Part shown: positions 22,001 through 32,389 of the stretch, in pieces
How positions within the stretch are numbered: the stretch's first letter is position 1
Layout of the letters: every line of letters starts with the position of its first letter
NCBI RefSeq assembly: GCF_001194135.2
Contig: NC_068998.1
Location: 32,009,279-32,041,667 of the forward strand
Length of the DNA: 32,389 nt
From: Octopus bimaculoides
Taxonomy: Eukaryota
Direction: 5' to 3'
Notes under the pieces: model-generated
The model's database searches: none
What the model was told of the DNA's origin: nothing
Seen by the model: the letters and a program-made list of their open reading frames with translations, nothing else
Translations under genes and position numbers: made by a program

Positions 22001-22799
22001 TTCTAAATTGTTAAAGGTTGAGCAATAGATGAACAAGACCAGTACACAGTCAATAATTATTTTCATGTGTGTTGCTACACTATTCTATTATTATTCATTC
22101 TATTATGCAACTGACCTTTTCTATATGAAAATAGGTTGAAGAAGGCTTTATTCTTGAAGTGAATCACAAATCTACTATCCCACCACTTATATATGTCGAT
22201 TTATATTATTTATATAAAATGAAGTCTAAATTATTAGATAACTTATAATACTTTTCATTCCATAACACTGTTTATAGTTTAGAAGAACACTGTTTCAGAA
22301 TGGTGGTAAATTTCAAGCAATCTTAATTGCAGGATGTAAATTCAGTTCCACTTGAACCATATCACATCATTTATTCCTCAGAGCTGTAATTCCTTAAAAT
22401 AGTCAAGCAACTAAAGAGACATGAACTTCAATAAACTGCTTTGCTTATAACACTGTTTGAAATGGTGGGTAGATTCATTTGACTATACATGTCCTTTTCA
22501 AAAGAAATATCACCATTGAAAACTGATAGTTAAGAAGTTGCTCAAGTCACATTCCTAGTAATAACTTCTTATAATTCTCTTCTGGTGTCACTTTAACTCA
22601 AGTTAAACTCTTTAGCATAAGAATTGAAAAAATTTTCTGAAGGAATGTGAAAAAAGACATTACAAATAAATATTGTCAATTATATCACCCTTGAGTTTTC
22701 AAAATGAGTATTCAAAATTAACCACTAAATTTTTCTAGAAAAAGTTTTATTATTTTTTTATTCACAGAGTAGGGGATTGGTAAAATTAGTAGTCTTGTG

Positions 22800-22905
22800 G
22801 TGTTTTGTCACGTCTCTTTACATTCAGAGTTAAAATCTCAATAAGAGGAATTTTGCTTTTCATCATTCTGAAGTTAATAAGCATCAGCAAAATACTGAAG
22901 TTCAA
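22800..22905 (+). mobile_element. Highly degenerate family B SINE fragment
   Basis: tctttacattcagagttaaaatc...ttttgcttttcatcattc...aataag. Confidence 0.4.
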
Positions 22906-23924
22906 TTTAAGTGATTGTCCTTGACTGTTTTGTTTTACATATGTTCATTTTGTCATAAGATTTCTTGTCAAATATATTTTGTTATCCAAAATATGTGAAC
23001 TACAGCACAAATCTTTGCAGTAAATTCAAAGTTTAGACATTTAGCATCTCTTTTGTTTAATCAAAGTATATTTTGATCTGAAACAAAAACACCAACTTTA
23101 TGGTATATATGAAAGCTCACTAAAATTAGAATATTACAATTATTTGCTCAAGATAATTTTTTCTCTGCTTTTTTGTGTGTTCTTTGGATGTTTTAAACAT
23201 ACGAAACTCCCTGTTTATAAACTTTAGCTTAAAGATTGAATTTCATGTTCAGGCTTTTGGTAATGACTATTTTCCCATGTATCACAATATATGTTTGTTA
23301 GTTTTTCTTTGTGCATTCGGTAGTTCTGATTATTTTAAATGTGTGTGTGTATTTGTAGAAGACTCTTAAATGTGATTGGTGTTGTGTAATATCTTTCTTT
23401 AGTACCAGATGAAACAAATCTACCTCTTTTTTGGCATCTATCCAATCAACTTCTAGACTGACTACCATTTCCCTAATAACTATCAAATATGTAAAGAAAT
23501 CAATGTACCAATATTTGTATCTATAGAAGATATGCAATCCATTGCCACTGAAGAATGAAGGATGATACCCCCACCCACCCCACCACACCTTCTGAAAGAA
23601 AAAAGACCTTCCAGATTAGTATAATCATTCTTTTTTTCACTTTCTTTGATAGTATATTCAAAATGGATACTAAAAGAAGTGTCTTGCTGAGATTTCAATT
23701 CTCCATTCCAACTTACTATCTGCAGTCTATTTCTCATGAAAAGAAATATTAATTCTTATTGCTGCATGTAAAGAATTGACTTATCTACTAACTTCTACAT
23801 TGAAGTTTCTGCTCTTTTATGTTTGTTTTAGACTGGGCTTTCTTTGTTCATTTCTTGAATACAGTCCACTATAATAAAACTATAGGTTCTGTTCTTTTAC
23901 ATTTCTCTCCCCCACCTCTCAGAT

Positions 23925-24390
23925 ATACACACATACACACACAGAAACTCTCACTCTCCCATCTCTCTCAATTCTGACTCAAGTGCTCATATACGTGCAC
24001 ACACACATACACACATACACACACACACAAACACACACACAAACACACACACAANNNNNNNNNNCACACACACAAACACACACACAAACACACACACAAA
24101 TAATATATACAGATACAAAATGTAAACAGAGACACATATGTAATGCATGCATAAATTCTCATACATATACTCATAAAAATACAAATGTACTCATAATTAC
24201 AACTGAATACACAAACATGCACACACAAACACAGACAAATATAAACACACATACACACACTTACAAATGCATGCATAAAGAAATGCAAGCAAAAATGCAA
24301 ATATAATTGCACAGATAGGGGCATATATGTACATACATACACACTCACATGCATACACATGCGCACACACAATGTATATGCATGCACACG
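23925..24390. repeat. CA/TA-rich degenerate microsatellite with a small N gap
   Basis: Direct reading. Confidence 0.85.
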
Positions 24391-25167
24391 CTAAAATGTT
24401 TGTATATATTATTGCATACTCCATTAGTTCTTTATTTATTAGAAACTCTCCTTATCTAGGAAATTCACCCATGCAGAAATGCTGTAAGAATCAAAATATT
24501 TTCATGGCCCTAAGATCTTATACAAAACTTAATGTATTCATTGTGTTCTGTTCATGGAAACTAGATGTAAAATCACAGATTTGTATCAATGATTTCTTCA
24601 CAGTGTCTTAGATTTTATAGGTATAAAAATAAAGATGAATACAATTTTAGCTGTATAATATTTCCTTTTGACCATTTATTTGGCCACAGAGAATTAATTC
24701 AATGTTGAGCGTACAATGTTTTTACTTGTTTGTCTAGATTTTAGAAGTCATTGTAGAATTATGTGTTTTTGATATAATAAACTAATACCTAAGATAGCTT
24801 CAAAACCTATAGTAAAAACAAGCAGTTTAGAAGCTTACAAATGATATTTCTCTGTATTACATTATCTTTTGGTTATTTGCTTAGAGCTGATAGATGGACA
24901 TGATGAAGTTGTTTCTTTAGTAGGATCTAGAAAATAACAAGATTGGATAAAGTATAACTTAACACGTGTCTTTCATAACTCTGATGGCTAAACATTTTAT
25001 ACTGGTTAGTTATATTCACTTAAAATGCAGGGTTGCCTTCCTCAACTTTCTTAGTTGAAACTAATTATCAAACTGAATGAATATTTCTTCTCAAAACCTG
25101 AGTAATTCTACTTAAATAAACAATCTGGAATTGGGTTTCACTACATCAACTATGTTAACCCTGTTAC

Positions 25168-25180
25168 CACCATCACTTAA
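25168..25180 (-). CDS. Weak candidate micro-exon (13 nt)
   Basis: aatatttccttttatttag|TTAAGTGATGGTG|gtaaca. Only phase 0 to 1 (LSDG) is open. Confidence 0.15.
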
Positions 25181-25251
25181 CTAAATAAAAGGAAATATTT
25201 GCGTCTATATTTTATTATTTTATCAAAGCATTACAGGTGAATTAAATTTTA

Positions 25252-25285
<34 letters not shown>
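25252..25285. repeat. (ACT)n microsatellite
   Basis: Direct reading. Confidence 0.95.
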
Positions 25286-25287
25286 TT

Positions 25288-25490
25288 GCGCTGGCAAAAT
25301 AATTAGCATGCTGGGTGAAATGCTTAATGGAATTTCATCCATCTTTACATTCTGAGTTCAAATTCCTCGTCTGTCATTACGTTCTGAGTTCAAATTCTGC
25401 CAAGGTCAACTTTGCCGTTCCTCCTTTCATGATGTAATCGACTAGTCACCTCCCCACAAAATGTCAGGCCTTGTGCCTTTATTAGGAAAG
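25288..25490 (+). mobile_element. Family B SINE with duplicated B-box segment
   Basis: gctggcaaaataattagcatgctggg head. ttac(a/g)ttctgagttcaaattc at 25345-25365 and 25377-25397. Confidence 0.85.
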
Positions 25491-26138
25491 ATTATTATTA
25501 TTACTAATCAACATTTGGTGGTTTCAGGCAAATTTTTACTGCATCACCTGCTACACCTCCATGTTGCTGAGATGTGTGTAGCATTGTTAGTTCTTTTTTA
25601 TTGTCAGAGGAGTGCAAGCTCTTACCGGTATTGTATTGCATCAGTTTCTTTTGTTATGAGACCTGGTGCAGTCTTTTGTTGTATTAGTGTTTGTATTGTG
25701 TGTTGTGTGTAATGTGCTGGGTTAACGACCTACTGGTGGTTGTTTATTTTATTGGATATTTGCTATATTAAGTGTCTTGTGTTTGAGAATTGTCTTGTTT
25801 GGGTTGTATTATTGAATTGATAGTGTTTTGCATAGAATGTGGGCTGTTCCTAACAGGGCTATCTTTTGGATAGTGTGTAGAATTGAGGGTTCAGGTGTAG
25901 CTTCTACATTTTTGTTCATATCCTTTTACTTGATTTAGTCATTTGACTCCAGCCATGCTGGAGCAACATCTTAAAGGATTTTGTTTTAGTTGAAGAAATT
26001 GACCCTAAGACTTATTCTTTTTAAGCCTAGTACTTATTCTATCCTTCCCTTTTTGCTGAACCACTTAGTTATGGGGACATAAACACACCAACACTGGTTG
26101 CCAAACAGTCATAGGGTAACAAGCATAGACACAAAGAC

Positions 26139-26213
<75 letters not shown>

Positions 26214-27815
26214 AATGACGGGCTTTCAATTTCTGTCTACTAAATCCACTTATAAGGCACTTGCCAAAGGTGCCATGTAGTGGGACTGAACCTAGATCCA
26301 TGTGTTAGAAAAGTAAGCTTCTTACCACACAGCCATACCTAATGCTCCAGTTATTATTGTATTGTTTTCACCTTCATGTCTCACATCTTGACTACTTTAA
26401 TATCGAGGTATTTGTACTTTACCAATTTTTCCACTTCTTTTCAGGCAATATTTTGTACAATGTCTATCAGTAAACAGGTGTTTTTTTTTCCCATCCTTGA
26501 TTATTATGTCTGGGTGATTTGCTTTTATTTCTTTGTTAGTATCAACAGGCATATCTCAGATGGTCGTTGTCATGTACCTTGTTTGGCACATGTTTATACC
26601 ATTTATTGTCAGTTTTTATATTGTAGTATTGGCATAATATCTCAATGATCTAACTACTTACTTGGTCATGTCTGTATATATATTCAGATTTGGTAAGGAC
26701 TGGACATCCAAAGATGATGTGGTCAACTGTTTCATTGTGCTGATTGCGCATTCTGCATTTGGTGTAATGGTCTGTTTTCATTATTTTGCTTTTATAGTTG
26801 TTTGTAGTCAGACATTGATCTTGTGCAGCAGGAATCATTCCTTCCATTTCAGCTTTTAGTCCAGAATTTTTGAGCCATTGTTGGCTTATACTGAGGCTCA
26901 CTTTTCTGTCAAGCCTTGTGGGGTATTGGCCATGGAGTGATTTTTCTCTCCATTTCTTCTTTAGCAAGTTTTGTAGTTCAGTTTTCTTGTTGCTTTTTGT
27001 CTTTTTAACCGTTTCTGCTCTGTTGTCATCTGAGATCAGTGTATCAGTGTAGTTTGTTTCTGTTTTGTATTTTGTCACTTCCGAGAGAAAAGCACTTTCT
27101 TTTCCTTGTGATGTTTTATCACATGTAGTAGTCTTCCACTTTTTGTTTCTAAGTACATTTCTTGTTCAACTGTTGGTATTTTAATGTAGTTCTCTATCTA
27201 TGTCATGGCCTGACCACATTCTGAGTTGAGTAGACATATTCTGTTTGCATCTGTGGGGGTGACTTTGGTGTGCTGGTATTAGTTTTTTGGGTTTTTCTAT
27301 CTAAGTTTTTCAATTCACTGATCTTCCAGTTTATTATTTTGAAGCTGTAATTTATAACTGGAATGGCTAGCATGTTTATCCCTATTATCTTATTTTCCTA
27401 TTTTGGTTTGGGACACTTTTCCCTCTTGCAGGATATATCACCACACATTTGTAAGGGTATTTTCTGAGACTATTTCTCCTTCTCCATATTTGATATGTTT
27501 CTTTTATTATTCTTGTGTGTTTCAGGCATAGTTTTGCAGTGTAAAATACATATAGCACTTCAATGTAGTCGTCCTTTGTTCACTGTGCTCTTTTGGCTTT
27601 GTTTCACACTTGGGTAGTGACATTAAGAGAGAGGTCTGTTTGTTCAGTGTTGACATTTTGGCAGAATACCATCTCTGGACATGTGCTAAGGCTACTTTTG
27701 TATTCTGATCACCTGAGACTCACAGATAGAAATTCACCTCTATTTGTTTTCATAGTTTTATTATCAAGCATATCCGTTTTTTTCTCTGTTTAAAATGAGA
27801 CACGTTGCATCTCAT
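25491..27815 (-). mobile_element. R4/Dong-clade non-LTR element (RLE endonuclease), internally deleted
   Basis: Minus strand: N-terminal KAKRAQ*TKDDYIEVLYVFYTA...ETYQIWRRRN; then NKIIGINMLAIPVINYSF..INW...LDRKT; WREKSLHGQY; LKAEMEG..AAQDQ; KCRM..NETVDHIIFGC..Y..RHD; ANHPDIII...CLLID; KE.EKL.KY; GALG; IQKIALLGTAHIL..TLSIQ* (stop 25809-25811). The 3' boundary is either about 25491 or about 25547. Confidence 0.88.
25925..26337 (-). mobile_element. Family A SINE nested in the R4 endonuclease C-terminus
   Basis: Head tatggctgtgtggtaagaagc directly follows the GALG codons. Expanded internal (TG)(TA) tract. R4 coding resumes after the SINE tail as KKDMNKNVEA. Confidence 0.88.
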
Positions 27816-28443
27816 ATTTATTATTATTTCTCTCTTTTAAATTGTTTGACATTTGACAATTTCAGGCAAATTTCTACTGTATCAGAACGTAAAGACATAC
27901 AGTCATAATATACAAACATTTCTCATGACACCAGTACATTGTTTAAAGATGCTTACATTTTTTATGTTTTCCGTGAATTTTTCATGGGTCCAGCTAGTTA
28001 TTATTATTATCCATATTATTATTATTATTATTATTATGGTTTATGTACTAATTTTGATATTTTTAAATAAAATGCATACAACTATAATTACAACATGTAC
28101 TTTTTAAATAAGTTCCATGAAAAAATCAAATTCTGTATACATATATATGAATACACTTTTGCTTGTCCATATATGAACGTGCATGTATGTATATACAGAC
28201 TCTTGAAATGCTGTATTGTTTTTAGTATGTATTAATAATCTTTGTGAGAGAAAATTCGTTTTATCTGTGTATCTACAAACCAAGGAACTATTTTTGAAGT
28301 CTTGTATAATCTTGTGCAAGCTCTCATAGCCTCATCCAATATAGTCATCAACATTCTTAAGTGAACACTTGAAAAGTTTTGAATTTCCCACATGAAACCA
28401 TTGGTAGCATTGTTAATCTATGAAGAAAGAATATATGAATATG

Positions 28444-28481
<38 letters not shown>

Positions 28482-28849
28482 CGCGTGTGTGTAACCAAAA
28501 ACTGCAGACGTTTAGATGTTTCGTTCAAGCTAAATACTGGTTTATATAAAGTACATCATAAAAATAATGAAAATATGCAAGATATAAACCATAATTCTAG
28601 TCATCAACATGGAATAATCAAGTTGTTTCACATTTTACTTCAGAAATTTCAGCTAGTGAAGAAATAGTTTCTCATTATGCAAATTATTACAATTCAGCAC
28701 TTTCTAGAGCTTGTTACAATGACAAAATTGAATGTATAACTAATACCAATGAAAAGCACAAATTGTATAATAATAAGCCATTTATTGAAGTTAAATAAGA
28801 AACGTAACAATACAGAATATCATAAAATTTATAACTGTAAATACAAATA

Positions 28850-29180
28850 AATAATGATAACAATTATAATACACCAACTGATAAAACTAGTTAGGATTAT
28901 AATAGCCATAATTCTTTACATAACATCAGTAGCAGTGGTAATAAAATGGTTAATAATAATAATAATAATAATAATAATTTTGATGATATTAATGATCTTG
29001 ATAATTGCAATGGTAATAATAATGATGATAACAATAATAATTACATAATTATAATAAATGAAAGATTTGTTGCCATAATTGTAGCAATAATCGTAATAAC
29101 AATAAATTTGATAATAAATTTCAGCATATATTACTTTTTAAAATTTATAATACTAGAATCAAATACAATTATAAGCAAAT
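28850..29180. repeat. Decayed (AAT)/(GAT) low-complexity tract
   Basis: Direct reading. A similar tract lies at 29480-29630. Confidence 0.75.
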
Positions 29181-29630
29181 AATAAAAGTTTTAAATCTAG
29201 TAAACCATTCAATTGGAAACTTGTATGATATAATACTCCTTTTAGTATTCATGTGTCTACTTTCTTTATTCTTTCAAGCATTAGAGAAACATGAAACATT
29301 TGCCTACTAATAATTAATGCCATAAAATATTCAACAGACACACAGTTAAATTTTCCTATTCAATGACACCTAACTTACATGATAACATATCTTCATTGAG
29401 CAAAAAAAAAAAAAAANNNNNNNNNNAAAAAAAAAAAAAAAATATTGATTATCATTATACTAATAATATAAAAAAAAAATAGAAAAATGACTACCACTTC
29501 TATTACAAATATTTTTACTACTGATAATAGTAATAATACTTATAATTATTATTATTATCATGATTATTATTGTGATATTGATTATAATTCTAATAACAAT
29601 AATGATAATAATTATCATAATATAAATTAT

Positions 29631-30877
29631 GTAGGAAGGCAGACAAATCACAAATCCTTTCCAGTAGATGGCCCTGCTTAACTATAGAAAAGGCATAGGT
29701 AGAAACTCCATAAGATGTACCTAGCGTACGCTACTGACACATAAGAGGTGCAGGAATATCAGAGAAAGGTTAACAGAGAAAATAGCTTTTGTGTGTGGAA
29801 GATGCACAGGTAAAATAAAAGCAATAAATGTACAGAAAATAGACTCCATCAAAAGCTAGAGATAGTAGATAGCTTCACTTATCTAGGTGACCAAGTTTGT
29901 AGCAGAGATGGATGTTCTGAAAGTGTAGCTGTGAGAATAAGAATAGGCTGGGTAAAGTTCAGAGAGCCCCTACTTGTGCTGGCAACAAAGGGATTCTCCC
30001 TCAGAGTGAAAGGCAGATTGTATGACACCTGTGTGTGAACTGCTATGTTTCACAGCAATGAAACATGGGCTGTGGCAATCGAGGACATGCATAGGCTTGA
30101 AAGAAATGAAGTCAGTATGCGTTACTGGATGTGCAATGTCAGTGTGCATGTACAACAAAGTGTAAGCATCTGGAGAGAAAAATTGGGCATAAGAGGCATC
30201 AGATGTGGTGCTCAAGATAGACAACTGCATTGGTAAGGTCATGTGCTGCATATGGACGACAAACTTTGTAAAGAAGTGCCAGTCTCTAATTGTGGAGGGA
30301 ACCTGTAGTAGAGGTAGACTTAGGAAGACATGGGATGAGGTGAAGAAGCATGATCTTCGAACTTTGGGCGTCATGCAGGGAATGACTAGTGATTGAAACC
30401 TTTGGCAATATGCTGTGCTTGAGAAGACCTGTCAAGCCAAGTGAAATCGCAGTCATGGCTGATGTTGGTGTTATGTAACTGGCACACATGCCGGTTGCTC
30501 ATAAAAAAGCACCTTTCAAGTGTTGGGCCTCACAGAGGCAAGGTTTCTGGTGGCATGTGAAAAGCAGCTTTCATGACGAATGACCAAGACCATTTGGCAT
30601 TATGCCATGCTTGAAAAGAAGACCCATCAAGACAAGTAAAATCGCAGTTGTGACAGATACTGGTGTCATGCAAATGGCGTACATGCTGGTGGCATGTAAA
30701 TGCAACCATTACACTCTCGGAGTGGTTGATGTTAGGAAGGGTATCCAGCTGTAGAAACCATGGTAAATCAGACTTGAATTTGGTACAGTTTTCTAGCTTG
30801 CCAGCTCTGTTCAAACCATCCAACCCATGCCAGCATGGATGACAGATGTTAAATGATGATGATGATGATGAAGATGA
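29631..30877 (+). mobile_element. 5'-truncated RTE LINE with PHD-type finger, long 3' UTR and (GAT)n tail
   Basis: RKADKSQILSSRWPC...; LEIVDSFTYLGD; RIRIGWVKFRE; KGRLY; ETWAV; RLERNE; HW*GHVLHM; RGRLRKTWDE. The UTR is shared with 585-858 and 3020-3368. Confidence 0.92.
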
Positions 30878-30886
30878 ATATTGAAA

Positions 30887-31101
30887 GGTGGGGAGCTGGC
30901 AGAATCCTTAGTATACTAGGCTAGATGTTTAATGGTACTGTGTCCATCTTTACATTCTAAGTTCAAATTTCACTGAGGTCAACTTCGCATTTCATCCTTT
31001 CAGGGTCAATAAAATAAGTACTAGTTGAATAGCTCTGGTGCTAGAGAAATTGACTACCTCAATCCCTGCAAATTTTCAAGCCTTGTACCTAGTGAAGAAA
31101 G
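30887..31101 (+). mobile_element. Family B SINE
   Basis: ggggagctggcagaatcc head, attctaagttcaaatt, gtcaacttcgcatttcatcctttcagggtcaataaaataagtac. Confidence 0.85.
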
Positions 31102-31250
31102 GTATATTCCTTATAGTGGCAATTCAAAAAATAATGATTATTATTATCATAATTATAATGACTTTGGATGTAACAATGGTAATAAGAATAATTATAACAT
31201 TATAAGACCTAATATAATCAAATTATGTTATTGTCGAAAAATCGTCTTAC

Positions 31251-31268
31251 CTTTTAAGCAACAAATGT
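31251..31268 (-). CDS. Candidate frame-preserving micro-exon (18 nt)
   Basis: aataatgttttcttgtag|ACATTTGTTGCTTAAAAG|gtaaga. Open as xICCLK (phase 1) or xHLLLK (phase 2). Confidence 0.45.
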
Positions 31269-31719
31269 CTACAAGAAAACATTATTCACAAGTGATCTCT
31301 TCATACTGATCAAAGAACATACTGATATATAGGTGCTACATCTACTAAATTCAAATTAAGATATAACCATTTGTGTTCCTTTAAATATTGAAGAAAATCT
31401 AATAATACTTCTTTGGCAACTTTAATATGAGACTTAAAAGATAAAAAGGTAGAATACTCACTATCTTAGACTATTATAAGAAATGCTGTTCCCTATAAAC
31501 AAGGTAGTAAATTTTATAATTTATGTTTATTAGAAAGTGTGGAAATATTAAATTGTAAAAAATTGCATTAAATAAAATGAACAATCATTAATCCAATGCC
31601 TACACAGAAAATATAAGATATTTCAATTTTTCAAAAATTCACAATAAAAGATTATAATAATGCAAAGCAAATTATTATCTAAATTTTAAAGTTTTTCATG
31701 TTTGTATTGGTATCTATAT

Positions 31720-32025
31720 ACACATATGTGAGTAAACACACACAGTTATGTGAGCATGTGTATATACACACAATTATTTATCTATATATGTATGTATGTG
31801 TATTGTAATTTATATATATGTATGTGTATGTATATGTGTTTATTGTAATCTGTATATATGTATGTGTGTGTATATGTATGTTTATGTACTTAGTCTATAT
31901 GTATGGTAGTGCATATGTATATGTGTATGCATGTGTTTGCATCCATACTTGTGTTAGTGTGTGTATATATGTATATGTACGTTTATATATGTGTATGCAT
32001 ATATATATATATATGTATATATATA
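31720..32025. repeat. Degenerate TA/TG microsatellite
   Basis: Direct reading. Confidence 0.85.
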
Positions 32026-32389
32026 AGTCAGTAAATAGTGGAGTTGTGTTAACCGCACGTAGAGAAATAATAGGAAAATGAAAAAAAGCCAGAATGCTGA
32101 ACTGGAAGCATAATTTAATAAAGATTTTTTCTAACTGGTTTTCATTGCGAAGAAGCAAATTATCAAGAAGAAGGAGAATGAAAATGTTTTTTTACAAAGA
32201 AGTACAAAATGAAGAAAATAATATATAAAACAATAATATATAAAAAAATAAATATACCCATACATTATATTGTCTTTGAGCTTTTGTAGTTCAATAGTAG
32301 TTCATGTATAAATTGGTAGGAAAAATAAGGATGCATGAGAGTTGAGAGTTTTGTTAGGTTTAAAAAAAGGGTTAAAAGTTTGTGTTAAG

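Noticed and set aside
21697-22014. Ile/Met-rich 105-aa ORF
   Set aside because: Decayed ATC repeat, open on both strands, with no domain signature.
31462-31492. 31-nt minus-strand exon candidate upstream of the 18-nt one
   Set aside because: Its only open frame creates TAA when joined to the 18-nt exon, and the donor context is weak.
1-32389. CRISPR arrays, rRNA, prokaryotic operons or terminators
   Set aside because: No repeat-spacer array or rRNA-like segment was seen. The content is eukaryotic repeat-rich DNA.

Overview
Strongly AT-rich, microsatellite-dense animal genomic DNA with short N gaps. The SINE and LINE families look like those of octopus; this is recognition from memory, not a database result. 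No intact long ORF is present. The window reads as intronic DNA packed with decayed transposons: RTE-clade LINE pieces at five loci, a Penelope-like element (RT thumb plus GIY-YIG), a CR1-group LINE, an R4/Dong-type RLE element, mariner transposase remnants, and about 10 tRNA-derived SINE copies of three families. Three short segments with strong splice signals (59, 28 and 18 nt, all minus strand) suggest an unidentified host gene with micro-exons. The most notable observations are: (i) two RTE insertions with inverted 5' parts, one with twin-priming-like geometry; (ii) a C4HC3 PHD-type finger inside an RTE reverse transcriptase; (iii) an internally deleted R4/Dong element between (TAA)n tracts and a long direct repeat; (iv) a mariner segment flipped between opposing (CT)n and (GA)n tracts; (v) three long inverted repeats; (vi) a SINE sharing its 3' end with a LINE in the same window. 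All translations and alignments were done by hand. Boundaries without a TSD are approximate.
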